From an uncultured Eubacteriales bacterium (GTDB taxonomy: Bacteria; Bacillota; Clostridia; Oscillospirales; Oscillospiraceae), in contig CAJKDY010000001.1 of assembly GCA_905198835.1 (NCBI GenBank), positions 150,263 to 214,262 on the forward strand: 64,000 nt of DNA, given 5' to 3'. Under the pieces are notes generated by a model, which saw nothing but the letters and a program-made list of their open reading frames with translations, did not search any database and was not told the origin of the DNA. The position numbers and the translations under genes are program-made. The stretch's first letter is position 1; each line of letters opens with the position of its first letter. Of the stretch, positions 10,325-22,500 are shown piece by piece.

Positions 10325-13300
10325 ATGAAGAAGAAATATGGGCTCAAAGCTGTGCTGGCCAGCGCCATGGTATCCCTGGCGTTGGCGGCGCCTGCCATTG
10401 TGTTCAGCGCGCCCCCCGCGGAGGTGGTGGGCCAGATCCACTTCAGCGGCGCGGAGCTTCGTAGCGTGGAGCTGCCAAGTGGCGAGATGAGCGTCCAGGC
10501 CATCTTTGACGTATCTATCGACCATGTGATCAACGCCACCGGCGCGTCTTTCCATCTGGAGTATAACCCCGACTATCTTCTGCCCTCGGACATGACCACC
10601 AACGAGGTGGTCAAGGCCCCCGACCCCGAGGCCTTCTGTGACGACTTCTTTGCCAGCGACCCCGAGCTCTACTATACGGAAAAAGACGGAAAACGCACCG
10701 TGGTCAACCCCTTTGAACGGGGGGACAAGGACATCAGCCAGTTGGACACCGGCCGGTGCATCATCCATATGAACCTCTGGCTGGACCAAGACAGCGACAA
10801 AGAGGGCAACGGCTTTATCACCGCCACCGGCGGCCCGTCGGGCACCACCCTGGCCGACGGCACCGTGATCGGCGGTAAGGTGGAGCTGCTGGAGGGCGTG
10901 AACTACGGCAGTACCCAGGCCGATGACAACGCCTATGTGGTCAACTGCCGCCAGGACCAGGACGAGGCCGACGACCGAAGCGATGAGGACCAATTCGTCA
11001 CCCTGGGCCAGCTCAGCTTCCAGGTGAACCCGGAGCACCTGCCTGAGATGCTCTACTACTTCAACGCTTTGAAGGCCCAGCGCCACCATCCCGACGACCT
11101 GTCCAGCACCACCCCGTGGGTCACTACCACTTCTATGAACGGCCCTGGGACGGATACCTTCCTGCTGGATATTACTTCTCAGATCGCGGAGACCAAGGAC
11201 CCGTGGATCATTCGGCACTTCCGCTTTGTGGGTAACCGCGGGCGCAAGGAGCTGGTGCCCCTGTCCCCCAAGGACACCCCCGAGGCGGGCGTGACTACGA
11301 TGATCGACAGCTACGCCTTTGACTTTGACCCCAAGCTGATCGTCAACGTAGAGGCCACCGAACCCGAGGTCACGGTCAACGCCTATCAGAACTACACCCA
11401 TGGCGACCCGGACGATCTTCCCTTGACCATGGGCCGTTACTCGCCTACCGTTACCGTTACATACGCCGACGGCTCTAAGGAGAACATTCCCTTCCCCTGG
11501 GGCCAGAAGGACACGGCGGGAGCGTACAAAGACGGCTACGCCGTCAAGCAAGTGACCGGCTACTATACCCAGGCCGATGTGGACGTCTGGACGCCGCCCG
11601 CCACCGACCCCACCGCCACCTGCCCCTTCCGGGTGGGGGACGAGAAGGACTACGCCCCTGTGACCGGCGCCAACTATGACCCCACCCATGGGGTATACCG
11701 CTTCTCCCAGCTCTATAAGTGGACCGACAGCAAGGGCAAGAGCCACACCTTCCCCAAGCCTGTTACCGCCAAGCTCACCGTCACTCCCATCACCGTCATC
11801 GCCGTCACCGCGGAGGACAAAGAGCGCAGTTACAAGGTCACTGACGTGGTGGACCAGGTCCCGGACGCGGCCTCGCTGCGGCTTCCTGAGGAGGCCCGGA
11901 TCCAGACCGACATCGTGCCCAGCGGCGTCTCCCTCACTGTGCCCATCAAGGGCTGGAAGCCCGTACAGCCCCAGTCGGCCAAGGTGGACCCCGACGGCGT
12001 GCCCGATAGCGGGGATGAGTACTACCAGACCGTCAGCACCTGGCCCGGGACGGTGGACAACACCCCGGGCAAGCGGATGAACTCCTTGAAGGCCGACGAC
12101 TATGTGCTCCCCGGTACCTATCCCGCCGGCGATCCCGACGAGGCCAAAAACGGTTATCCCTACTGGCCCGACTCCGCTGACCGCTCCGACACCACCACCC
12201 ATCCCGAGCGGTTCCTGGGCCGGTACAGCTTTGAGACCGCGCAGGGCGACCACGCTACGAAGGAAAACATCCTCAGCGCCGATATCAAGGCTCTCTATCC
12301 CTGGCTCACCATTCCCTTTAAGCCCGGCTCCACCACCGACCGGGTAGAGGACTGGGACGTGGGTCAGGCCTATCGCAGTATATTGGACCAAGCGGACTTT
12401 GACAAAGTGGACCCCCAGCAGTATGAGGTCGTCTGGGTCAGCACCGTCACCGAAAAGACGGGCAACGGAGAATACGCGCCCAACGACCATCATCCCAACG
12501 GCGTGGACCAGCCCACGCTGACGTTGTCGGTGTATAAAAAGACAGGCGCCAGCTTCAGCGACTACGGCTCTTTGGCCGCTGGCTCTGTTTTCCGAGTCTG
12601 GCTGCCCAACGGCCAGGAGCTGGGCACAGGCCAGACATCCGGCGGCGTAACGGTGGAGAACTGGTTCAACGACTCCACCGACACCGATCCCATCACCGGC
12701 CCAAGCCACGTCAACGGCTACTACTATACCACCAGCGACAAGCGCGCCGACGCCAGCGGCGACGGCTTGTTCTTCCGCCTCATTACCAATCCTGACCAGC
12801 CCGAGGTCAACGAGCACGGGACCCAGCGCGAGACCCTGCGGCGGTATATCAATCTGGGCGGCTGGTATCAAGTGGCGGTGTGCGAAGACCCCGGCGCGGG
12901 AAACCACTGGTCCGAGCCGATCCCGGTCTACGTGCCGCCCCGCCGCAACGAGTATATCGAGAGCAAGGTCTATAACTTCCTGGGCCAGAACGCCGGACTC
13001 TATAACTGGCCCGGTGGCGTGGGTGATACGCTCTATCTGCCCCGGGGCGATTACGCCGTGGTAGGACCGGGCGGCGACGTCAACACCGCCGGCGCGGGCT
13101 TGCCCCTCTACGATGTGAAGGACGCCGCCACCGGCAATGTTCTCGTTACCACCGACGGCACCTCCGTTTCCGCCGATGGCGCTATGGTCTTTGCCCCGGG
13201 CAGTATCCACCGTCTGCAGCCCAACGTGGAGCCCCATATCGAGTCCTATGGCGTCAAGACCATCTACGACGGCCAGACCGGCGCTCAGCCCGGCGAGATC

Positions 13301-16300
13301 TATACCGTCCGGGTAGACAAGACCGACACCACCCACACCGATCCTTGGTATGCGACCAGCACCCTGCCCGCGGGCCACACCCATGGGCATGTGGGCGGTA
13401 AGCCCTACTATCAATACGGTCCTACGCCGCTCTACGAGGGCATCGACGCCGATGCTGACGGCGTGCTGGACGGCTTTGCCGTGGCGGGCTTTGGCCGGGT
13501 CTTCCAGCCTGAGACCGACCCGGACAAGTATACCGCCACCCTCCGCCGGGAGGCCGACGAGAAGAGCGCCCAGAGCGTGCGCATCAAGCTGCTGAGCTGG
13601 GAAGTGGACGGCATTACCCGTAACCCGGTCAACAGTACCGACTTTGACAACGACAACGTGGCCCTGGTGACCTACGACACCAAGCAGGAGAACTACACCT
13701 CCCGCCAGGACTTTGTCCTCACCATCAAAAACGTGGGCACCACCGACATCTACGGCCTGGACATCGACACTGTCACCGATGGCTACGACCTGAAAGACGA
13801 CGGCACCGGCACAAGGAGAATGGGCGGACACTTTGAAATGCTGGTGCCTCCGGCTTCCTTCCTGCCTGTGGGCGGCACCACCACCTTCACCCTGACCTAC
13901 GTCTACGATCTGCCCGCCAACGAAGCGCCCAATACGCTTTTGTACCGGGACACGCTTTACATCACCGCCAACGGTCATAATGACCCAGGCAAGGGCCATC
14001 AGCACGACACGGGCCGGATGGACGACCAGTACCTGCTGGACTTTGACGCGGAGTTCGTGGTCTCCAAAGACCCGCTCCACAAGGTCACAGTTATCTACCG
14101 CCCGACCAACGGCAACATGGGCACGGCAAACCTGATCGTAGGCGAACAGGGCACCTCCGCCGCCGACGTTGAGATGATCTACACCCCCACCACCCGGACC
14201 TACGCCAAGGATGGGCTTGTCTATGTGGTGGTCAACAAGGTAGACGAGTATGCGGTCAAGGCCATTACCGCCCAGATCGATGGCGTCACAGTAGACCTTT
14301 TGAACAACAACCGATATGGTTCTGTCATGCTGCCGGGGCTCATTGGCAGCGCCACCATCGACGACGACATGAAGGAGGTTTACGTCTTCCAGATGCCCGA
14401 CCACGACGTCACCGTCTATGTGGACTTCTACGAGCCCTTCCTCTCCAAGCTGCGCCTGGAAGACCTGATCGATTTCTCCTCGCCGCAAAATACCGCGGAA
14501 AACCCCAACATCAACGACCTGAAGACCTCGGAAACCTCTCCCCATCCGCTGGACCCCGAGCACACCTATCGGGTATGGCGCAAGACCTTCACCGACGCCG
14601 AGCGTGACGCCGCCACGGCCTGGAAGAACGCCACCTCCGCGGCGGACGAGGACCTCTACCTGATGACCCAGGGCACCGCCCGGCCCCACAACAGCGACCC
14701 CAAGCTGGAGGGGCAGCAGTTCCTTTCCTCGGAGAATCAATATCTCGTAGTCATCGACGCCGAGGACGATCTCTCCCAGGTGGAGGCTAAGATCCGCCGG
14801 GTGGTCTACCATGAGGACTACCAGGGCACCAACCCGGCCAACTACCCCAACGGCTACAACTACGAGATCGAGCTGGACGTCTCCATGGAGGTCTATCCCT
14901 ACAACGTGGAAAAGCAAACAGGCGGCAGCTACAACTGGGGCACCAGCGCCTATGCCTCTGAGCAGGTTTACGCGCCCAACGGCACCAGCCCCGGCTATGG
15001 GCCCAGGCCCGCCTTTACCGGGACGCCCAGGACCACGGTCACAGGGACCACCGGCTACCCGCCTGTGGACCCCTCCGACCCCACCGCCACCTCGGATTCC
15101 AGCGTCCATACCAGCAGCCAGTTTATCTCTCCGGCCAAGGGGGAGAGCAAATATGTGGTCATCACCCTGTCGGGCATCGACCCGGCGGATCCCGGGGGCG
15201 GGACCCAGTACCGCTACTTCTACCTGGAGATCCACCGCAAGACCGGCGAGCCCAACGTTCAGCTCCACTATGGAAACTCGCCCTACGGCATGATCATGAA
15301 CGAGGACCGCTTTGACACCAAGCTCAAGCAGGACGCGGCCAAGGACGCCTTCCGGGCGGGGTACACCTTTGAGGGCCTGAGCCGGACGGTGGTGCCGGAC
15401 GCGGTGTGGGATCACAGTGATATGCACCATGTGATCTACAACCGGGAAGCCTGGGTCCGCAACCGGGCCGTCTTTGAGCCCGAGAGCCTGACCGGCTTCC
15501 GCGCGGTCCGCCGCGACGACGGCAGTCAGGTGTTCCTGGACGAGGATCCCAGCGACCCTGATAATCCCAATAATCCCCTGAACATCAAGACCAAGCCCAA
15601 GTACGAGCCAAATAAGACGGTCTATGATGAGAAGGAGAACCTGGACCTGAACGAATATGCCTACTTTGCCATCCTGGGCGAGACGCTGCGGGAGCCCGGC
15701 GTCGTCAAGGCTTGGGATTCCTCGGGCCGCCAGGTGCCCCTGGACCGGATCACGGCCAAAGCTATGGATATCGACTGGGCGACAAACAGCAGGGGCCTGA
15801 CCCTGCTGGATACGGCGCAGCAAAAGCAGGTGGCCCGGTTCAAGGGCAATACCACCGACTTCCCCGTTCTGGACCTGGGGGTCCAGGGCCGGACGCTCAC
15901 CTTCCTGGCTGAACATCAACCTGCTGCTCCGGCCACCCCCTTGACCGTCACCAAGGACCACTGGCCCGCCAGCTCCCAGGAGGTGACTACCACGCCCGCC
16001 ACCGGCGGCGAGCCGGTCACTACGACGGAATATACGCTGATCGAGGACATTCGACCTGGCCGATATACCATTGTTTACAGCTTTAAGGACTTTGACGGCA
16101 CCACCGAGCTGCAAGTGGAGCGGCCCTTTGTGATCCTTCGGGGCGTAGGCGATGTGAACACCGACGGCAAGCGCGACAGCGTCAAGACCGCGGGCGCTAC
16201 AGCCTCCGACAGCGATGAGTACCACATTGAAGACCGAGTGGGCGTCGATCCCCTGGGCTACGAGGCGGGCGGGGCAGTGGACGCCAGCAATCTCTACGGC

Positions 16301-16459
16301 AAGGATTACCCCTTCGCTAACATTTTCAAGTTCCGGGTGTGCGACGTAAACAATGACCGCAACATCAACAACATTGACGCCAATCAGCTGGACAAAAACG
16401 CCCGTGCCGGTACCGGCTGGCTTCGGTTCTACCACCCCTGGGAATATGGCCTGAGTTGA
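10325..16459 (+). CDS. Giant secreted protein 2 (2045 aa). It has a Sec signal peptide, an N-terminal cohesin-like module, beta-repeat domains, and a C-terminal divergent dockerin-like pair of Ca-binding loops.
   Basis: RBS GGGAGGGG lies 7 nt before the ATG at 10325. The N-terminus MKKKYGLKAVLASAMVSLALAAPAIVFSA is a signal peptide. The cohesin-like signature is VQAIFDVSIDHVINATGASFHLEYNPDYLLP. One copy of the FxMPxxDVxVxV repeat (VFQMPDHDVTVYVDF) is present. C-terminal loops are GDVNTDGKRDSV and CDVNNDRNINNIDANQL. The ORF-track start at 10205 is rejected because it lies inside the promoter -10 element and lacks an RBS. Confidence 0.85.
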   Translation: MKKKYGLKAVLASAMVSLALAAPAIVFSAPPAEVVGQIHFSGAELRSVELPSGEMSVQAIFDVSIDHVINATGASFHLEYNPDYLLPSDMTTNEVVKAPDPEAFCDDFFASDPELYYTEKDGKRTVVNPFERGDKDISQLDTGRCIIHMNLWLDQDSDKEGNGFITATGGPSGTTLADGTVIGGKVELLEGVNYGSTQADDNAYVVNCRQDQDEADDRSDEDQFVTLGQLSFQVNPEHLPEMLYYFNALKAQRHHPDDLSSTTPWVTTTSMNGPGTDTFLLDITSQIAETKDPWIIRHFRFVGNRGRKELVPLSPKDTPEAGVTTMIDSYAFDFDPKLIVNVEATEPEVTVNAYQNYTHGDPDDLPLTMGRYSPTVTVTYADGSKENIPFPWGQKDTAGAYKDGYAVKQVTGYYTQADVDVWTPPATDPTATCPFRVGDEKDYAPVTGANYDPTHGVYRFSQLYKWTDSKGKSHTFPKPVTAKLTVTPITVIAVTAEDKERSYKVTDVVDQVPDAASLRLPEEARIQTDIVPSGVSLTVPIKGWKPVQPQSAKVDPDGVPDSGDEYYQTVSTWPGTVDNTPGKRMNSLKADDYVLPGTYPAGDPDEAKNGYPYWPDSADRSDTTTHPERFLGRYSFETAQGDHATKENILSADIKALYPWLTIPFKPGSTTDRVEDWDVGQAYRSILDQADFDKVDPQQYEVVWVSTVTEKTGNGEYAPNDHHPNGVDQPTLTLSVYKKTGASFSDYGSLAAGSVFRVWLPNGQELGTGQTSGGVTVENWFNDSTDTDPITGPSHVNGYYYTTSDKRADASGDGLFFRLITNPDQPEVNEHGTQRETLRRYINLGGWYQVAVCEDPGAGNHWSEPIPVYVPPRRNEYIESKVYNFLGQNAGLYNWPGGVGDTLYLPRGDYAVVGPGGDVNTAGAGLPLYDVKDAATGNVLVTTDGTSVSADGAMVFAPGSIHRLQPNVEPHIESYGVKTIYDGQTGAQPGEIYTVRVDKTDTTHTDPWYATSTLPAGHTHGHVGGKPYYQYGPTPLYEGIDADADGVLDGFAVAGFGRVFQPETDPDKYTATLRREADEKSAQSVRIKLLSWEVDGITRNPVNSTDFDNDNVALVTYDTKQENYTSRQDFVLTIKNVGTTDIYGLDIDTVTDGYDLKDDGTGTRRMGGHFEMLVPPASFLPVGGTTTFTLTYVYDLPANEAPNTLLYRDTLYITANGHNDPGKGHQHDTGRMDDQYLLDFDAEFVVSKDPLHKVTVIYRPTNGNMGTANLIVGEQGTSAADVEMIYTPTTRTYAKDGLVYVVVNKVDEYAVKAITAQIDGVTVDLLNNNRYGSVMLPGLIGSATIDDDMKEVYVFQMPDHDVTVYVDFYEPFLSKLRLEDLIDFSSPQNTAENPNINDLKTSETSPHPLDPEHTYRVWRKTFTDAERDAATAWKNATSAADEDLYLMTQGTARPHNSDPKLEGQQFLSSENQYLVVIDAEDDLSQVEAKIRRVVYHEDYQGTNPANYPNGYNYEIELDVSMEVYPYNVEKQTGGSYNWGTSAYASEQVYAPNGTSPGYGPRPAFTGTPRTTVTGTTGYPPVDPSDPTATSDSSVHTSSQFISPAKGESKYVVITLSGIDPADPGGGTQYRYFYLEIHRKTGEPNVQLHYGNSPYGMIMNEDRFDTKLKQDAAKDAFRAGYTFEGLSRTVVPDAVWDHSDMHHVIYNREAWVRNRAVFEPESLTGFRAVRRDDGSQVFLDEDPSDPDNPNNPLNIKTKPKYEPNKTVYDEKENLDLNEYAYFAILGETLREPGVVKAWDSSGRQVPLDRITAKAMDIDWATNSRGLTLLDTAQQKQVARFKGNTTDFPVLDLGVQGRTLTFLAEHQPAAPATPLTVTKDHWPASSQEVTTTPATGGEPVTTTEYTLIEDIRPGRYTIVYSFKDFDGTTELQVERPFVILRGVGDVNTDGKRDSVKTAGATASDSDEYHIEDRVGVDPLGYEAGGAVDASNLYGKDYPFANIFKFRVCDVNNDRNINNIDANQLDKNARAGTGWLRFYHPWEYGLS
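10412..10930 (+). other. Cohesin-like module of giant protein 2 (approximate bounds).
   Basis: The motif ...FDVSIDHVINATGASFHLEYNPDYLLP resembles the cohesin strand signature (GIANCDFVFRYDPNVLEI of CipA cohesins). It sits just after the signal peptide. Confidence 0.45.
16148..16400 (+). other. Dockerin-like region of giant protein 2: two DxNxDG-type Ca-binding loops about 60 aa apart.
   Basis: GDVNTDGKRDSVKT and CDVNNDRNINNIDANQL fit the dockerin/EF-hand loop consensus (D1, N3, D5, D/N9, D12, then a hydrophobic helix). They are at the extreme C-terminus. Confidence 0.5.
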
Positions 16460-16551
16460 CGAACCCCCGCTCTTACCCCAGTTCCCGGCTCCAATGCCCT
16501 GACCCCGCATAGCGGGGCCGGGGCCTTGGGACACCAAGGAGGCAGAGGCTT

Positions 16552-19500
16552 ATGGATAACAAGTGGACAAAACGGCTGGTAAGCCTGACAGTGGCGCTGG
16601 AGATGCTCTGCTCTCCCCTCGCTACGGCCAGGGCGGAGGAGGTCGTCACCGAGCGGCCGGAGATCCCCGCTGTGGTCTCTGAAGAGCGCAGGGAGACCCC
16701 CGTTGTCAGCTCCGGCGGTACTGCCGCCGACAGTTCTGCCGACCTTCTGGCCCTGCCCGTGGACGAAAACAGCCTGGGCGTGGACCTGTCCTTTGGGATC
16801 CCGCTGACCACCGGCGTGGGCGGCAGGCCCTATCCCACCCGTTACGACGGTTATTTTACCTATGAGAGCGCCTCCAACCGGGACTGGGGCTACCGGATCT
16901 TTGCCAACGGTCGAGAGAAATATTTTGTCAAGTCCGGCGATAACTTCTACACCGCGCTGACGGACCCGGGCCGCCTGCCCGATCTGGAGCTGGATGGCTT
17001 TTATGTGCTAGGCGAGCCCACGGCGTCTACCTGGCTGCTGGATGAAGACGCCCGGGCCAGTATGGTGCGGGGCTGGACCTACGACGAGGACTGGGGGGCT
17101 TCCGCCGTCCGGCTGCAGGAGACCAATGACGATGTGACCTTTACCGGCGAAGACGATGTGGACTATGCGGAGAGCAACTACCTCTCTTTGGGGTATCTGA
17201 CCGGGGAGGAGATGGATCGGCTCTTTGGCGACAATATTGCCCGCAGCGACGGCACGATGGGCTTTGTGCCCATCGTGGCCCGCTGGCAAAGCAGTTCCAA
17301 CAGCGATCTCACCAGCCTCAGCGCTACCACCTATACGCAGGACACCGGCGCGGCCAACACAGTGGAGCGGTTCTTTGTAGAGGACCCCACCGGCCTTGCC
17401 AGCCCCGCGGACGTGGAGCTCTCCGCCATCGACGCGGACTATTTCTCCAATCACGGCAAGGAATTCTGGCTCCGAGTGCCCGAGGATCAGGAATCGCTGA
17501 CGCTGCAATTCGCGGCCTACGAGCCTTATTACGACTATAACGTGACCCACAACGGAGCAGGGGAGAGCCCTGTCTCCGTTTCCGTGCTGTTCAACGGCGC
17601 GAGCGTCACCGTGGACGGTGAGGACATTCAGGTCCAACGGGGCTGGAGCTGGGACGCATCGGGAGAACCCACCGACGCCGTGGTCCCCCAGCCCACCGAG
17701 ACCGGCGGCTGGCTGACTCCCCGGAATACCACGGGGAACCCGGCCCGGTCCCACTGGAGCGTGACCAACATTCCTCTGGCCAAGGTGAACCAGGCCGAGG
17801 ATATGAACGACGCCAGCACCACCGTCACCATTACCGTGCTGGCCCCCGACGGCCAGAGCAGCAGCCGCTATACCATTCATGTAGAGCGGCTCATGACCCC
17901 CACCTATGAGCTGGGCCTTGGCAACACGCCCCTGGCCATGATCGAAAAGGACCAGCATGGTAACTGGGGTAACAACCCCTCTGACATTCGCGCCAACAAG
18001 GATGCGGCCAAGGCGGATTTTAAGGCGTATTATCGCTTGGGTAACAGCGGCATCGTGGGCCCGGGGGACTATACCTATTATAAGAGCCAGTTTGACCCTT
18101 CGGCCTGGAGAGGCCTTTCCTGGGAGGGGAGCGCGGCGGGGTACAATATCGACCTGGACGAGACCGCCGTGGTGGCCTATCAGGACACCGCTTTCGCCGA
18201 TCCCGGGGTCTCCTTTGTGGGCAGCAACGGCAAGACCGTGGAGTTTGGCGCCAACGCCCCGGCGGAATATCAGGACTGCGTTACGCGCACCATCGAGCTG
18301 CGCAGGGCGGACGTCCTCACCGCCGACTGCTACGGCGCCTCTGGGGAGGCGTGCTGGTATACCAGCGAGGGCGGCAAGGGCGTCTTGAAGGGCGTCCAGA
18401 CCGCCCAGATCCTCCAAAATGCCGACGGCAGCGACGGGGTGGATCTGCGGGGGATGCGGATCCTCCCCGGCGTATACACCATGACCTATACCTTTACCGA
18501 TCCCTTGGACCCCACTGCTCCTGTGGTGGCCAAGCGGCCCTTGGTGGTGCTGCCCATTCCCGGCGATGTGGACATGGACGGCGCGGTCACCGTGGCCGAC
18601 GCGCTGACCCTGGGCACGCACCAAGACGGTTGGGAGAGCTCCTCCGCGCAAGACGTGCAGCTCCTGCGCTACCGGGTGCTGCTGGGTGACGATACCCAGG
18701 GCAAGATCCTGAACGGCTTCCAGCCCGTGCTGGCCGATCTGGGCCGGAGCGATTATTTCTATCCGCCGATGCCCACCCCCAGCGATGCTTCAGGCACCTA
18801 CCAACGCAAGACCTGGGACCAGGTGACCATGGACGGCTCCGCTCAGCTGGAGCTTCGCTTCCTGGGTGTGGAGCAGGGCATCTTGATGGGGGAGGACAGC
18901 CATACCTACCCCGCCACCGATGGCGTTTTGGACGCCGACCACGGCAAGATCGGCCCCTGGCTGGCCGATGAAAACGCGCAGGTCACTGTCCGGGAAAAGG
19001 ATGCGATCACCGGGAAGGATCAATACGGCGTCGCCGGTCAAAACGACGTGTTTTGGGTGGGCGTCTACCTCACCGCCGGAGAACTGGCGGGCAGTACAGT
19101 GGAGGATCTGGCTCTCACCCTGACCTACGACAGCGACTTTGTGGAGCCCATGGTGGTATACAAGGCCAACCAATTCCCTGACGCCAGCCAGCGCGACTAC
19201 TGGTATCGCGCCCTTTATTACTATAACTTTGGCGAGGGCTCCAAGCTGGACCAGAGCCATACCATGACCCTCTTCAGCGGCTACAACCGTACCGATTACG
19301 ACTATGAGAGCGGCTCCGCGCCCAGCCGGGCCTATGCCACCCACTACTCCAAGGTCATCGGGGAGCTTGAGCAGCTCCAGAGCACCGCCACGCTGCGGGA
19401 GATGGTGGTCAGCGTCCAGGGCAGCGACGCTGTGGGCAGCCGCCGGGCCACGCTGCCCAGTGGTGAGATCTGTGTGCTGGCTGTGCCCTTCCGGCTCCTT

Positions 19501-22500
19501 AAGCACCCCACCGGCGGCCGGCTGAACGATGGTCAGGCCCGGCTGGTGGAGTTGGGCGCGGGAATGCGGGACTTCACCCTGGTGACCAAGGCCGCCTCCG
19601 GCGCCAGCCGGGGCGTCAGCGCCTCGTCGGTCTTTGCCACGCTTCTCTCCGCCGCCGACGGTCGGGCCATGGAGGCGGGGGATGTGACCTACGCCTTCTC
19701 CGCCCAGGATGCCATTTACGGCGGCGCCACCCAGAACCTGCGGGAGCGGGTGTGCTATCAGAAAAACGCGGGCATGATCCCCATTGGCGAGAATAAGACC
19801 AGCGCCATCGAGCTGCGTTCGGCCAAGTACGCCGAGGATTACGGCAGAACGATCATCAACGGCGGCGGGACGATGACGGCGGGCAGCCTGCCTGCCGGTC
19901 TGAACTATCAAAACCAGGCCAGCGGCGAGGGTATCATCACTGGCACGCCCACCGAGGCGGGGGAGTTCCACTTCACTATTACCCACAACGGCGTGGAGAG
20001 CTACTATACCCTGGTGGTGGAAAAGCGGACCCTGCGCTTCAAGCCCAACGGCTGCGGCGCCTACTACGGGCAAGAGCAGTACCGCGGGACCTCCAACCCA
20101 CAATTTACGTTTACATACGAAGTGGATGACCTGGCCCAGCGGGACCGGCCCGCGGGCGTGGAGCTGAAGGGCAACGGCGCGGAGCTGGCGAGCATTTTGG
20201 GAGAGGACGGCAGCTATACCCCGCCCACCTTTACCGCCAAGCTCAGCCGCGACACCGCCGACGCGGAAAACGCGGTCAAAGCGAATACCCCGGTGGGGGC
20301 CTATCCCATTATTCTGGATGACGGCACCGCGGTAGATGACAAGTATGAGCTGGTGCTGGAGGAGGCCTCGTCCATCGGTTCGGTGCTCAATATCGACCGG
20401 CGGCCGGTATGGATCGACCACATTACCGCCACCGTGGACCAGACTGGGGCCCAGATCTATAGCGACGGCAGCCGGCTGGACTGCCGGATCACCCTGACTG
20501 AGACCGATCCCGACCAGCCTATGATCCACTTGGCTCTGCGTGAGGAGTCGGTACTGGGCGGGATATACGGTGGCCGGCCCCTGTCGGGGGACGCCCGGGT
20601 GCCGGGGGACACGCTGACGCTTACTTTCAGCGGCGAATTCCAGCGCAACGATGACGATATTGCCCATTATCCCGACAACAATGATATGTTCTACATGAGG
20701 GCTGAGGCAGAGGACCGCGCCATCAGCCCCGTGGCCGTTGACGCCCGCAAATTCAACGAGGAAAACCGCAATTACAGCCTGCAGTCTGTTTCGGGCGCCG
20801 TCGTTTTGCACAGCGACGATAACGAGGTTCAGGGCAAGGTGCTGCGCCGGGAGATCACCGAGCTGGAGTTCTCCGACTATCCCTACGCCCTGAGCGGCGA
20901 GGGCTCTGTGACCTACGGCGAGAACATCAGCCTTTCCGATCTGCGTATCCGGGTCTTCCGGGACGATCAGCAACTCGGCTCCAATCCCTACGACTTTACC
21001 TATGACTACGACGGCTCCATGGCCCAGACCCTGGATATCCACTATAACTGGGTCACCAAGGAGGAGATGGAAGCGGGTCTGAAAAGCCCCAACACCGTCC
21101 TGGGCTCGGGCTGGGACCCCACTCTGCCCAAGGACCAGCAGGACTCTAACCCGTACCGGGAGACCAACAGCTCGCTCAGCGTGGGCCTGGACGGCTACTA
21201 CCTGTGCGCCGCTGCCCGCAAGTACGCCGTAGACGACCCCAATGCCCCCCAGGGGGACGACGCCTACATCAAGGTGTATAGCGACCATCCCATCCGTGTG
21301 CTGCCCCGGGAGGTCACCTTGACAGTCACCGATATGAACCGCTTCTACGGCGAGGAGGGCGCCCAGCCCCGGTATACCTACTCGGTCAACCAGCTGGCCA
21401 GCGTCGATCTGCAAAAGCTCCATGAGCGCTACGATACCCTCACCGGCGCCGCCTCTGAGCTGGAGTGGGTGCTGGGCGAGGACTACACCAAGCCGGCCAT
21501 CCAGTTTATGCGCGTGCCCCGGCTGCCCGCGTCCTCCATGGATGCGGACCTGGTCACTGTGGATACCGACGCCACCAATACCTACTACTACCAGGTCATC
21601 TCCGGCGCCAAGTCCAGCAACTATATCTTCCGATACAACCGTGTGGACGGCGACCGACGGCCCAGCGCCAACTTCGGCACCGCCTATCTCAGCATTATGA
21701 AGCGCCCCATCGTGGTCGCCGATATCGGCAGTATGTATACCACCGATCCAGACGGTCATGCCGTGCCTACGACTTTGGCTGACGGCAAGGATACCTTTGC
21801 CGTAGTGTACGCCGACTCCAAGCGGCTTTTGCTCAGCGACCAGGTGGATAACGGCGCCCGCACCGCCTTTACCGCCTCCGCCGATCCCGCCTCCGCCAAC
21901 CGGGTCACCTTTATCGCCCCCGACTATGACGAGGCTACCCAGACCGTGTCCTATTATAACGGCGGCGCCAGCGACAATGTGGCCCGGCAGACCGGTATGG
22001 CCTATACCGGAGATCCCGTCCGCGCCGACGATCTGGCCAACCTGCGGGTCACCTACAAGGTCCAGTTCCTGCCCGACGCGGGCCATTACAGCTGGAACTC
22101 CTTCTCGGACAACTATTACAGCGTAGAGGACCTGACCGCCGCAGGCGGCCAGGCCCAGCGGCCTGTGGAGCTGCGGGAGCTGGAGCTGACCAGCGAAGAC
22201 GGCACGGCCAACAACTATATGCTGGTCTACAAGGACTCCTTCCAGGCCGTCCGGCGCGCTCCGGCGAACTCTGAGCTGGTCAACGCCCCCAACCCCACCG
22301 GCACCGCCGATATCGGCGACGCCGCCTTCCAGCAATACGGTACCGGCCTTGTGATCCTGCGGCCCATCAAGACCATGGACATCAAGTCCGTGGGCTGTAT
22401 GCAGTATACCTACGGCGAATTCTTCGCGCCCAATAACCCCGGCGTCAGCGGCAGCCAGCTCACCCTCTCGGTGAACTACGACACCCGCTATGATAACTAT

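Noticed and set aside
10136-16537. 2133-aa minus-strand ORF antisense to giant gene 2
   Set aside because: It is the mirror frame of a high-GC, stop-poor coding region. The translation is low-complexity (G/V/A/R-rich). It has no RBS or promoter, and the sense-strand gene has a signal peptide, RBS and domain content.
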